Assembly: GCA_964425075.1 (NCBI GenBank)
Contig: CAYRKM010000001.1
Coordinates: 459,060 to 523,059, forward strand
DNA length: 64,000 nucleotides
Source of the DNA: an uncultured Gammaproteobacteria bacterium
Lineage (GTDB): Bacteria > Patescibacteriota > Microgenomatia > Levybacterales > GWA1-39-11
Reading direction: 5' to 3'
The stretch's first letter is position 1. Each line of letters starts with the position of its first letter. The notes under the pieces are model-generated. The model saw nothing but the letters and a program-made list of their open reading frames with translations, searched no databases and was not told where the DNA came from. Positions 1 through 9,780 of this stretch are shown here, piece by piece. The translations under genes and the position numbers were made by a program.

Positions 1-208
1 CATTAGGAATTTGTATGGATGGAGAGGGAGATGGGGATGGTGTAATTGAGATTTGCGTCATATTTTTATTTAAAATAATTTGAGTTGGAGTTGGGGTTAT
101 TGTGCCAAGTGCCTCCAAGGGATCATTTTTTTCACTTCTAGTGAAAAGTATAACAAAGACTGATGTGATAAGGAGAATGCCAATAATAACGAAAGGGACC
201 TTGGACAT
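1..208 (-). CDS. Partial (runs off window) membrane-anchored protein with Pro/Thr/Ser-rich linker
   Basis: ATG at 208 on minus; reads MSKVPFVIIGILLITSVFVILF...TPTPT...PSPSPSP, open to window edge; not in ORF track. Confidence 0.7.
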   Translation of the reverse strand, partial: MSKVPFVIIGILLITSVFVILFTRSEKNDPLEALGTITPTPTQIILNKNMTQISITPSPSPSPSIQIPN

Positions 209-291
209 AGAGTTTAAAATACACCAAAAATAAGGATTGGTCAAGTAAATCTAAATTGAAAATAAATTATTTATTTTGTATTATGAATTTA

Positions 292-990
292 ATGGATGAA
301 GTTGATACAGGAACATTTGGTCGGGATTCTGCGGATGGGGTCGAACACCAAGGTCAAGAGAGAGGAGAAGCGGGAGCTGAAAGTGGAAATGTCTTCGGAA
401 AATTAGTTGAAGCACAACAAGCTCTTAAAGAAGCTAAAAAAGGAGTGCTAGATGGAGTTAATGGAATTACGGGAGACGCTAATGAATTTGCACGATTAAT
501 ACATGATAAACTTCCAGTTAGAAGTGAGATGCCTGGGTTTTATGAGGAAAGAAGTGGAGTTTTGGTTGCACCAAATGGACAGGAAATCAATGTGGGTACC
601 AGAAGGATTCTTGAACGCGATTCCAGACCTGAGTCCCTTACCCCGGAATATGTGACATTTCGAGCGAAGGATGGTATTGGCCGAATAGTTGTTAATACAG
701 GAGAACCTTCGAGGAGAGAAATCGTTTTGTTAGATGGTGATTCGTCAAGATCACCTGTTTTGGCAGAAGTTGGCGTTGAGGAAACAACAATTCGTGGTAG
801 GGTTTCTCGCGAAATTGTGGCTAGTAGTGAAAGTCATTTTGATGGCGATTTATTAGGTTTGGCGAGACAAAAGTTAGAGTATGCTTTGGAGCATGCGGGT
901 GAGCTTAAGTTAAAACCGAAAGATGTTCCTGCTCAAGCTGCAGTTGTCGAAGCTCCTGTTGTTGAGGTTCCGCCTGCTCCTGAACTTTAG
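292..990 (+). CDS. Hypothetical protein
   Basis: Long ORF; start moved to ATG 292, 7 nt after TTGAAA-N17-TATTAT promoter (256-284). Confidence 0.7.
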   Translation: MDEVDTGTFGRDSADGVEHQGQERGEAGAESGNVFGKLVEAQQALKEAKKGVLDGVNGITGDANEFARLIHDKLPVRSEMPGFYEERSGVLVAPNGQEINVGTRRILERDSRPESLTPEYVTFRAKDGIGRIVVNTGEPSRREIVLLDGDSSRSPVLAEVGVEETTIRGRVSREIVASSESHFDGDLLGLARQKLEYALEHAGELKLKPKDVPAQAAVVEAPVVEVPPAPEL

Positions 991-2084
991 ATTATCATTA
1001 ATTTTTTTGAGGATTTGGTTAATACTTCAATTCCAGTTTCTGTTAATAAAACAGTGTCTTCGATGCGTACTCCGGTAAGTTCTGGCAAATAAACACCTGG
1101 CTCAACAGTCACAACAACACCAGGTGAAAACTCATCTTCGGTGAAGGGTGATAGTCTTGGGCTTTCATGAACTTGAAGTCCCACACCATGACCTAGTCCA
1201 TGGGGAATGTCAGGAAAACCAAATGTTCTTAAATGGCTTGAAGCATTATCTTGTAAAAGATTTGGCTTAAATCCATCTTTCATGTGACCCTTTAATTCCT
1301 CAAGCGCTAACTCCTGCGACTCAAGCGTTGCGGTATAAATTTTTTCAACTTCCTCAGTTGGTTTTTCAAGGAAAACACAACGGGTCATGTCTGAGCAATA
1401 CCCATTAACTTTTGCTCCAAAATCAAGAAGAATAACGTCATTTTTTTTGAGTTTTGTAGTATCGGATAAGTGGTGTGGAACGGCTGCATTTACTCCAAAA
1501 GCAATAATTGATTCAAAGGATAAATCCCCTCCTTTACTTCGGATGAAACTTTCAAGAAGTATCTTCACTTCAAGTTCTGACATTCCTGGTTTGATGTGTT
1601 TTATTATGTAAGAAAAGCCGTTATCCGTGAGATTGCATGCCTTTTTGATATTTTCAATTTCTTCACTGTCTTTTATCATTCGTAAATTTTCAACAAGATC
1701 TGATGAAGGAATAAGTTCTATGCTCTCTAATTTTTCTTCAAGGTCTGCAACTTCTCCGTATGAGATATTTTCCTCCTCAAAGTCCAATTCTTTAATTGAG
1801 TTTTTTTTAAGAATATCAAAAAGAGATTTAAAGAAGGGATTAGAAGCGCTTGTTTCAACAAGGGTTACAAATGGAGCATCTTTTTTTACCATTTCTGTGT
1901 ATCGAGGATCAGTAAAAAGATAAATTTTTTCATTAACGACTAAAACCCATGCTTCTCGTTCTTCAATTGAAAAAGCCCTAATTCCTGTAAGATACGAAAT
2001 GTTATAGGGGGATGTAATAAGAAGGGCGGAAATTGAATCTTTTCGAATGAGGTCGTAAAGACGGGATATTCTAGTTTGAAACAT
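987..2084 (-). CDS. pepP: Xaa-Pro aminopeptidase (M24B family)
   Basis: Creatinase-N domain plus M24 motifs DFG..YCSDMTR, HGLGHGVGL.VHE, EPG.Y, GVRIED. Confidence 0.9.
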   Translation of the reverse strand: MFQTRISRLYDLIRKDSISALLITSPYNISYLTGIRAFSIEEREAWVLVVNEKIYLFTDPRYTEMVKKDAPFVTLVETSASNPFFKSLFDILKKNSIKELDFEEENISYGEVADLEEKLESIELIPSSDLVENLRMIKDSEEIENIKKACNLTDNGFSYIIKHIKPGMSELEVKILLESFIRSKGGDLSFESIIAFGVNAAVPHHLSDTTKLKKNDVILLDFGAKVNGYCSDMTRCVFLEKPTEEVEKIYTATLESQELALEELKGHMKDGFKPNLLQDNASSHLRTFGFPDIPHGLGHGVGLQVHESPRLSPFTEDEFSPGVVVTVEPGVYLPELTGVRIEDTVLLTETGIEVLTKSSKKLMII

Positions 2085-2136
2085 TTACTAATTATAGCAT
2101 TCTTGACACAAAAAAAAGATTGGAGTACGATAAATT

Positions 2137-3285
2137 ATGGAAGTACCAAAGTATCCTTTTCCCCTAGCTTTAACATACGACGATATCCTACTTGTGCCAG
2201 GTTATTCTGATTTTCAAAGGCAAGATATAGATCTTACTACCAAAATTTCAAAAAATATAATTCTTGCTATTCCTTTTGTTTCTTCCCCCATGGATACTGT
2301 GACTGAAAGTCGACTTGCCGTTGCTTTGGGTAAGATTGGTGGTATTGGGATAATTCACAGAAATATGACAATTTCTCAGCAAGCAGCAGAAGTAAAAAAA
2401 GTATCTACTCAAAATATTCTGGTGGGGGCAGCAATTGGGGCGGCTGTTGGATACGAGAAAAGAGTTGAGGCGTTAGTTAAAGCAGGGGTAAATGTTGTGG
2501 TTATTGATAGTGCGCATGGGTTTACAGAAAATATAATTGATGCAGTGCGCTATATTAAGAAAACATTTAAAACAATCGATGTAATTGCTGGAAGTATTGC
2601 AACTGGTGAGGCAGCAGAGGCTTTGATAAAGGCGGGAGCCGATGGATTAAGAGTTGGTATGGGTCCTGGTGCAATTTGTACTACTAGAGTAGTTTCGGGG
2701 ATGGGAGTTCCGCAGGTCACTGCTCTTAAAGAAGTTGTGCATGTTGCAAGGCCATTAAAAATTCCTGTGATTGCAGATGGAGGAATAAAATACTCAGGAG
2801 ATATAACAAAGGCATTAGCGCTTGGAGCATCAACAGTTATGATGGGTAACTTTTTTGCGTCGTCAGTTGAATCTCCAGGAAAAGTACTTTTACTAAAAAG
2901 AAATGAAGTACCGGATAGATTTCAAAGTATATTTAACCACAGTCATAAAACGTTTAGGTTTAAAGAATATCGAGGAATGGGAAGTGATGCTGCAATGAAA
3001 AAGGGAGCAAAAGTAAAAGCAGAGGATGAATTTCATGGTAATACATACAGCAAGAGAACTCTTATTGCAGAAGGTGTTGAAGGTTTAGTGCCTATTAAGG
3101 GAACTGTTGAGGAGCTTGTGGCGCAAGCTCTGGGGGGAATAAAATCGGGAATGTTTTATGTTGGGGCCAGAGATATAAAGTCCCTTTGGAAAAAAGCAAA
3201 ATTTATACAAATCACTCAAGCATCACTTCACGAAAGTCACCCACATGGCTTAATAGTCAATAATACGGGAAAGAGCTATGTGTAA
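2137..3285 (+). CDS. guaB: IMP dehydrogenase (short form without CBS domains)
   Basis: SSPMDTVT, GMGPGAICTT catalytic Cys, IADGGI, YRGMGS; next to guaA. Confidence 0.93.
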   Translation: MEVPKYPFPLALTYDDILLVPGYSDFQRQDIDLTTKISKNIILAIPFVSSPMDTVTESRLAVALGKIGGIGIIHRNMTISQQAAEVKKVSTQNILVGAAIGAAVGYEKRVEALVKAGVNVVVIDSAHGFTENIIDAVRYIKKTFKTIDVIAGSIATGEAAEALIKAGADGLRVGMGPGAICTTRVVSGMGVPQVTALKEVVHVARPLKIPVIADGGIKYSGDITKALALGASTVMMGNFFASSVESPGKVLLLKRNEVPDRFQSIFNHSHKTFRFKEYRGMGSDAAMKKGAKVKAEDEFHGNTYSKRTLIAEGVEGLVPIKGTVEELVAQALGGIKSGMFYVGARDIKSLWKKAKFIQITQASLHESHPHGLIVNNTGKSYV

Positions 3286-3288
3286 TAG

Positions 3289-3417
3289 TTCTCAATTTTC
3301 AATTCACCCGCCAAAGGCGAGGCTCGCCAGGGGCGGCAATTCTCAGTTAATTTTCATTTATTCACTGACACAAGGAGAACTTAATGGAAACTGAGAAATG
3401 ATAAATGTAAACTAACT
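3289..3417. repeat. AT-rich ~7-nt periodic imperfect inverted repeat with an internal GC hairpin (ccgcc...ggcgg)
   Basis: ttctcaattttcaatt...ttctcagttaattttcatt left arm; aatggaaactgagaaatga right arm. Confidence 0.5.
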
Positions 3418-3418
3418 T

Positions 3419-4948
3419 ATGATTGTAATTATAGACTTTGGCTCCCAAACAACACATCTAATCGCAAGAAGGATAAAGGATCTCGGTGTTCCTGTGAATA
3501 TTATTCCTCCTCAAAAAACCCGCTCAGTTTTTCTCCAAGAACCATCAGGAATTATTCTCTCAGGTGGACCGGCCTCTGTATATGAAAATGGAGCACCAAG
3601 TATCGATCCGTCTATTTTTTCATTAGGAATACCGGTTCTTGGAATTTGTTATGGCTTACAACTCATGGCGCAGCTTAATGGAGGAAAAGTGGTTCCGGGG
3701 CGCAAAGAATACGGTCCGGCAACAGTTAGCTTAACAACAAAATCAGACGGCGTGATGTTTGCAAAAAATCTACCTAGCTCTTTTACAGTTTGGATGAGTC
3801 ATGGGGATGAAATAGTAAAAATGCCGATAGGCATGAAAACGCTTGGTAAAACTCCTCATATGAAGTTTGCAATGGTGGGGGATGTGAAGCGAAAAATGTA
3901 TGGACTGCAATTTCACCCGGAGGTAGAACACACTGAATTTGGGATAGAAATTCTAAGAAATTTTTTGGCAGTTTGCAATATAAAAACAGGTTCCCAAACC
4001 ATTTCTCCTTCTCTTCTTGTAAAAAACATTCAAGAAATTGTTGGAGAAAATTATGTAATCGGCGCGGTTTCTGGAGGAGTTGATTCAACTGTTGCTGCTG
4101 TTCTTACCGCAAAGGCAATAGGAGAAAGATTTTTCCCAATTTATGTAGACAACGGACTCATGCGGCCAGACGCTAGGGAGCATGTAGAGAAAATATTTGA
4201 GCATATTGGAATAAAACCAGTGATTGCTGAGGTAAAAGGTGAATTATTGGTTTATCTAAAAGGAGTAACTGATAGTGAGGAAAAAAGAAAAATTATTGGA
4301 AGGCATTATATTCAAGTTTTTGAAAGAGAAATGGAAAAGCTTGAAAAGCGTGGAATTCATCCGCAATTTCTAATGCAAGGGACAATTTATAGTGATGTAA
4401 TTGAGAGTAAAGGGACTAAGCATTCAGCCAATATAAAGTCACACCACAACGTAGGAGGTCTTCCAAAACACATGAAATTGAAATTACTTGAGCCAGTTAG
4501 AGAATTTTATAAAGACGAAGTACGTTCCCTTGGGGAAAAACTTGAGCTTCCAAAATCGTTTGTCCAGAAACAACCTTTTCCCGGACCTGGGTATGCTATA
4601 CGAATAAGAGGCGAAGTTACTCCAAAAAGGCTTGCTATGGAAGAACAGGCGGATACAATTGTCATGGAAGAACTTAAAAAAGCAAAGTTATTGGACAAAA
4701 TATTTATTTCATTTCCGGTGTTAACAGATAGCTATTCGACTGCGGTAAAGGGGGATGGGAGAAGTTTTTCAGAAGTTGTGGCATTAAGAATAGTAGAGTC
4801 AAAAGATGTTATGACTTCTACCTGGGCAAAATTACCGTATGAAGTGTTACAGAGAATGTCGTCTAGAATTGTTAACGAAGTGCCACATGTTTCCCGCGTT
4901 GTGTATGACATTTCCACCAAACCCCCAGCAACGATGGAGTGGGAGTGA
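3419..4948 (+). CDS. guaA: GMP synthase (glutamine-hydrolysing)
   Basis: DFGSQ, GICYG, QFHPE, SGGVDS, KSHHN, KPPATMEWE. Confidence 0.97.
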   Translation: MIVIIDFGSQTTHLIARRIKDLGVPVNIIPPQKTRSVFLQEPSGIILSGGPASVYENGAPSIDPSIFSLGIPVLGICYGLQLMAQLNGGKVVPGRKEYGPATVSLTTKSDGVMFAKNLPSSFTVWMSHGDEIVKMPIGMKTLGKTPHMKFAMVGDVKRKMYGLQFHPEVEHTEFGIEILRNFLAVCNIKTGSQTISPSLLVKNIQEIVGENYVIGAVSGGVDSTVAAVLTAKAIGERFFPIYVDNGLMRPDAREHVEKIFEHIGIKPVIAEVKGELLVYLKGVTDSEEKRKIIGRHYIQVFEREMEKLEKRGIHPQFLMQGTIYSDVIESKGTKHSANIKSHHNVGGLPKHMKLKLLEPVREFYKDEVRSLGEKLELPKSFVQKQPFPGPGYAIRIRGEVTPKRLAMEEQADTIVMEELKKAKLLDKIFISFPVLTDSYSTAVKGDGRSFSEVVALRIVESKDVMTSTWAKLPYEVLQRMSSRIVNEVPHVSRVVYDISTKPPATMEWE

Positions 4949-4975
4949 TTAGCCTCAAATCTTTATCCTTTGAGC

Positions 4976-5004
4976 TTGACTTTCAAGCTCTTTTATCCTA
5001 TAAT
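4976..5004 (+). promoter_or_regulatory. Sigma70-type promoter of GC-rich orphan gene
   Basis: TTGACT-N17-TATAAT. Confidence 0.7.
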
Positions 5005-5091
5005 ATGCTTAATTTTCTTGGTGAAGCACAGTTGATACTGTGGGGAGCCAAGGCAAGATTAGCACATTGAGTCTGCGGAGGAGGTCTAGCA

Positions 5092-5715
5092 GTGTCAGAC
5101 ATTTCTGAGTACCGAGTCGTTACTCGGGCGGACGTTGCTGCTGCGCTTCGTGAGAAGTTCGGCACCGACAAGGTGGCCTGGTCTATCGAGCCAGGTTCGG
5201 ATGAAGAGGTAAGCCCAGGGACATGGATTGAGGTATTCGTAGCTGATCCACAAGACGGAGACACACTCATTGGTCGAGGGGACAAACGTTTCTTCGATGC
5301 TCGAGTGCGCCGCCGCCCTGAAGGGTATAACCAGTTGGTTCTTTTCGAGGAGCCACAAATCCCCTTCCCTGAGGATGGGCGACCTAGGGTCGTCGGCTAC
5401 ATCCGAGTCTATGTGAATTTCCACGGTTTCGTGAGAACCCGTCAGGAAAACACACTGATCGGCCAGATGCTGATGATCCATCCGAGCTCGGTCTCAAAGG
5501 CCGAGCCCATTCAGGAAGGGGCGAACCTTATCGCCACCATCTACGTCTACACTAATCCACAACGCCTTGAGGGCGCAGTGGAAGTGGACATTCTTCAAAT
5601 GGAATTCCCAGATGAAGATCCGGACGTGATGAAGGTGAGGGAGCTCGTCGTTCTGGGCGCCGATGGGCGGTCGTTGTCCGTGGCCGCGAAACTCATGGCA
5701 TTCACCAACGCCTAG
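5092..5715 (+). CDS. Hypothetical protein in a GC-rich island
   Basis: GGAGGAGG SD, GTG start, 207 aa, composition visibly GC-richer than neighbours. Confidence 0.75.
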   Translation: MSDISEYRVVTRADVAAALREKFGTDKVAWSIEPGSDEEVSPGTWIEVFVADPQDGDTLIGRGDKRFFDARVRRRPEGYNQLVLFEEPQIPFPEDGRPRVVGYIRVYVNFHGFVRTRQENTLIGQMLMIHPSSVSKAEPIQEGANLIATIYVYTNPQRLEGAVEVDILQMEFPDEDPDVMKVRELVVLGADGRSLSVAAKLMAFTNA

Positions 5716-5732
5716 CCAACCCAGCAGACTTT

Positions 5733-5766
5733 GGGCGTCTCTGAGCTTTACCGCTCAGGGGCGCCC
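5733..5766 (+). terminator. GC-rich stem-loop downstream of orphan gene
   Basis: gggcgtctctgagc-tttacc-gctcaggggcgccc. Confidence 0.6.
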
Positions 5767-5847
5767 TCCATTCAATACTTTTCTTTTTACCCTCATTTTG
5801 GTATAATCTTTTGGACCCTTAAAGCGGGTCGTTTTTTTGACTAAAAT

Positions 5848-7977
5848 ATGGCTGGAACATCACCTCAAACAACACTTACAAAAGACAGAAATGTCGCTTT
5901 GGACAAAATCCGCAATTTTGGGATTATTGCTCACATTGATGCGGGTAAAACCACTACTTCTGAGCGCATTCTTTATTACACAGGAAGAACTTATAAAATT
6001 GGAGAAGTTCATGAAGGAGCTGCAACTATGGACTGGATGGACCAGGAGCGTGAGCGTGGTATCACGATCGTTTCAGCTGCTACTACAACTTTCTGGAAAG
6101 ATTATAGATTTAATCTTATTGATACTCCCGGACACGTTGATTTTACCGCTGAAGTTGAGCGTTCTCTTCGTGTTTTGGATGGTGCTATAACTGTTCTTGA
6201 CGCTGAAGAAGGAGTACAAAGTCAGTCCGAAACTGTTTGGCGCCAGGCTGATAAATACAATGTTCCAAGAATTTGTTTTATTAACAAAATGGACAAACTT
6301 GGAGCAGACTACGAGAAGACCATAAAGTCTGTTATAGAAAGACTTGGTACTAATCCAGTAACAATTGGTCTTCCAATTGGAGCTGAAAATGATTTTAAGG
6401 GAATTTATCACGTATTAGATCAAAAGTCCTACATTTGGTCGGGTGAGGAACTTGGAGCAAAGTTTGAGGTAACAGACGAGGTTCCAGATGGAATGACTGA
6501 AATGGTCAAGAAATACCGCGAGCAGCTTATCGAAAAAATTGCAGAAACAGATGACGTCCTTTTGGAAAAATATCTCAATGGGGAAGAAATTGGATATGAT
6601 GAGTTAAAAGCTGCACTTAGAGCTGCAACAATTGCGTATAAAGTAGTACCAGTTTTTGCAGGAACTTCTTTAAGAAACAAAGGCGTGCAACCATTACTTG
6701 ACGCTGTTATTGATTTCTTGCCCTCTCCTTTTGATCTTAAAACTGTAACAGGAACTAACCCAAAAACCGAACAAGAAGAAACAAGAAATCTTACACCGGA
6801 TGATTCATTTACCGGTTTTGCTTTTAAGGTTCAGGTTGACCCACACGTAGGAAAAATTACATATGTACGTATATACTCTGGAAAAATATCTTCAGGTAGT
6901 TATGCATATAATTCAACAAAAGACATAAAAGAGCGCGTTGGAAGACTTCTTTTGATGCATGCAAATCAAAGGGAAGAAATCAAAGAGGCTTATGCCGGTG
7001 AAATTGTCGCAATTGTAGGATTTAAAGATACTGTTACAGGAGACACGCTATGTGATGAGAGTAAGCCAATCATTCTTCAAAAAATTACATTCAGAGACCC
7101 CGTTATTTCTCTTGCGATTGAGCCAAAGACAAAAAGTGACCAAGAAAAATTGGGAGCTGCTATGAAGAGACTCATGGAAGAAGATCCTACTTTTACAGTC
7201 AAAATGAACCATGAGACTGGACAGACAATTATGTCAGGAGTTGGAGAACTTCAGCTTGAGATTATGGTTGAGAGAATGAAAAGAGAAATGGGAGTTGAGG
7301 CAAATGTTGGAGCGCCTCAGGTTGCATATAAAGAAACAATTAAAGGTAAATCAAATGCTGAATTTAAGTACATCAAACAAACCGGAGGACGTGGTCAATA
7401 CGGTCATGTTCTGATTAATATCGAACCAAAAGGCCGTGGTGAAGGATTTGAATTCGTCAATTCCATTAAGGGTGGAGCAATTCCTGCAGAATTTATCCCA
7501 CCTGTTGAAAAAGGTATAAAAGAGGCTATGGAGCGGGGAGTTGCATTCGGATACCCTGTAGTTGATGTAAGAGTTGAGCTATATGATGGAACTTATCATG
7601 ACGTTGACTCTTCTGAAATTGCATTTAAAATTGCAGGATCCCAGGCTTTTCAAAAGGCGGCCAGAACTGCTCAGGTTACCCTTCTAGAGCCTATTATGAA
7701 GGTAGAGGTAACTACACCTGACGAATTTATGGGAGACGTTATAGGTGACCTGTCAGCAAAAAGAGCTCAAATTTCAGGCAGTGAAGAAAGAGGAAACTCA
7801 AGGATCATATTAGCCCTTGTGCCTCTTGCAGAACTATCAGGCTACATTACTACTTTAAGGTCTTTGACTCAAGGACGTGCCAACGCATACATGGAACCTT
7901 CTCATTATGAAGAGGTGCCTGTACAAATCCAAGAGCAGATTAAGGCAAAATCTAACTTCGTACCCAAAGAAGAATAA
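5848..7977 (+). CDS. fusA: Elongation factor G
   Basis: [32 protein letters not shown]. Confidence 0.98.
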   Translation: MAGTSPQTTLTKDRNVALDKIRNFGIIAHIDAGKTTTSERILYYTGRTYKIGEVHEGAATMDWMDQERERGITIVSAATTTFWKDYRFNLIDTPGHVDFTAEVERSLRVLDGAITVLDAEEGVQSQSETVWRQADKYNVPRICFINKMDKLGADYEKTIKSVIERLGTNPVTIGLPIGAENDFKGIYHVLDQKSYIWSGEELGAKFEVTDEVPDGMTEMVKKYREQLIEKIAETDDVLLEKYLNGEEIGYDELKAALRAATIAYKVVPVFAGTSLRNKGVQPLLDAVIDFLPSPFDLKTVTGTNPKTEQEETRNLTPDDSFTGFAFKVQVDPHVGKITYVRIYSGKISSGSYAYNSTKDIKERVGRLLLMHANQREEIKEAYAGEIVAIVGFKDTVTGDTLCDESKPIILQKITFRDPVISLAIEPKTKSDQEKLGAAMKRLMEEDPTFTVKMNHETGQTIMSGVGELQLEIMVERMKREMGVEANVGAPQVAYKETIKGKSNAEFKYIKQTGGRGQYGHVLINIEPKGRGEGFEFVNSIKGGAIPAEFIPPVEKGIKEAMERGVAFGYPVVDVRVELYDGTYHDVDSSEIAFKIAGSQAFQKAARTAQVTLLEPIMKVEVTTPDEFMGDVIGDLSAKRAQISGSEERGNSRIILALVPLAELSGYITTLRSLTQGRANAYMEPSHYEEVPVQIQEQIKAKSNFVPKEE

Positions 7978-7984
7978 CGATTTG

Positions 7985-8176
7985 TACTTTTGGGTCGCCA
8001 AAAGTAAGTACGCAAAGCTCGCGACCGTTGGTCTAAAAAGCTCGCACCTGTATGCGCTTCATGCATTCCAAACAAAACTCATTCACTGAAAGATCCGGCA
8101 GTTCACTTCGTTCGCCTTTACATCTTTCCGGGCGTTCACTCGTTTCGCTTGTCATGCTCTCATCGCATAACGGTGC
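7985..8176. repeat. Structured intergenic element, copy A (family with 27417-27582 and 37387-37554)
   Basis: Opening hairpin tacttttgg/ccaaaagta; core tcattcactgaaaga..cggcagttc..gcctttac.tctttcc.ggcgttca shared with copy B. Confidence 0.7.
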
Positions 8177-8232
8177 AGAAAAATTAGAACGAAAAACTAA
8201 AATAAGTAAAGCTTTTCTGTTAAAATAAGCGC

Positions 8233-9066
8233 ATGGCAAATAGTTTTCCCCCAGATACCTCTAAGTTCAAACTTATCGTTAGTGATTTTGATGGAACCCT
8301 TGCAGGTCCAGAGCACATTGTTACCCCAAAAGTTGTAGCGGCCGTAAAGCGCTGGATTGATTCGGGTCGACATTTCACTATTGCAACAGGCCGGCAATTT
8401 TTGATGTTGGAGGATGAATGTCAAAAAATGGGGCTTATTGACCCAGTGATTGTCAGAGCAGGTTCAGAAGTTGTGGATCCTACAAATCGTAAAGTTTTAC
8501 ATAGTGAATTAATTGATAAAAATATAGTTAGCCAAGTTTTAGAAATGTTAAATAAAAATGATAAATTTGATTTTAATATTGACGTCGATGACACAATTTA
8601 TACAAATTTTGAATTTAAATATGCATACATATTTCCGAAAATAAAATTTGTTGACATAAGAGAGTTTGAGTTAAAAGATATAGCGAAATTTCACTTAAAA
8701 CCAAAGGATGAGAAAGATAATGGATTAGATGAATTTGTAAAAGAGATAGAGCTAAAGTTTCCTCAGTTGCATGCCATTGCAACCCACAATAAAACTTTTG
8801 GAAAGGGTTGGGATTTAACGTCTACCAGAGCCACAAAGTTATTTGGTATTGTAAAAGTTATGGAGCAGTTAAATATAAAAAGGGAGGAAGTTGTTGGAGT
8901 GGGTGACAGCTACAATGACTTTCCACTTTTAGAAGCCGCAGGATTTAAGGTGGCGATGGGAAATGCTGTTGAAGAAATAAAGGCTGTGGCTGATTTTACA
9001 GTTTCTTCTCACATAGATGATGGCGTCGCTGAATTAATTGATAGATTATTAAAATATAAACAATAA
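8233..9066 (+). CDS. Cof-type HAD-IIB hydrolase
   Basis: DFDGTL, ATGR, K, GDSYND, AMGNA motifs. Confidence 0.9.
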   Translation: MANSFPPDTSKFKLIVSDFDGTLAGPEHIVTPKVVAAVKRWIDSGRHFTIATGRQFLMLEDECQKMGLIDPVIVRAGSEVVDPTNRKVLHSELIDKNIVSQVLEMLNKNDKFDFNIDVDDTIYTNFEFKYAYIFPKIKFVDIREFELKDIAKFHLKPKDEKDNGLDEFVKEIELKFPQLHAIATHNKTFGKGWDLTSTRATKLFGIVKVMEQLNIKREEVVGVGDSYNDFPLLEAAGFKVAMGNAVEEIKAVADFTVSSHIDDGVAELIDRLLKYKQ

Positions 9067-9167
9067 ATTTTATCTGGGCATTCCAAAAAACTCCAGTTAC
9101 TCAGAATAATTGCAGTGCAATATATCCATTTTGCATTTAAATAATTGTAGTGTTATAATTTCGCAAA

Positions 9168-9701
9168 ATGAGTAGGTCTATTGAAATTGAAGGATTACAA
9201 GGCTCAGCTAGCGCAGAAGGAGCATCTGTTCATATGCCCGGAACCGTGTTGGAAACAAATGTTTTACCAAATGGCGTAGTAATTGAGCAGTTGGAGCCTA
9301 AGAGAAGGGTTTATTCAGCGGATAGAGGTATGTTTGTGCCAGCAATTAGATATTATGAAGATTCGGGTTATCTCAGCAGACTTACTCTTGTAAGAAAAGG
9401 AAATCACGGTAGAGTTGTGAGTACAATTCCTTATTTTGATGACCAACTTGCTTATGAGACTGCTATTTTAAGTTTTGACGGGTATGAAACCTCTGCAAAT
9501 GGAGAAAGAGTTGTAAGACGGGGCCAAAATGGAATTACCGTTGTTAACTTGTTCAGTATACTTGATGGTAAAGAAATGTCTGATGAGCATGAAAGTGTTG
9601 TTGGTCGTATTGCTGAGGAGATCGGAAAAAATCCTGAACCAGATAGAAGCTTAAGAACTGCTTTGTTTGATGCTCGCAGAGCGCTTGGTATAAGGCGATA
9701 A
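9168..9701 (+). CDS. Hypothetical protein
   Basis: 177-aa ORF directly behind TTGCAT-N17-TATAAT promoter. Confidence 0.7.
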   Translation: MSRSIEIEGLQGSASAEGASVHMPGTVLETNVLPNGVVIEQLEPKRRVYSADRGMFVPAIRYYEDSGYLSRLTLVRKGNHGRVVSTIPYFDDQLAYETAILSFDGYETSANGERVVRRGQNGITVVNLFSILDGKEMSDEHESVVGRIAEEIGKNPEPDRSLRTALFDARRALGIRR

Positions 9702-9780
9702 TAAATTTACTACTTTAAGGTGTCTTCTTAATGCATGTTTTTTCCACTTTTAATTATTATTCAAGTATAATTAACTAATT

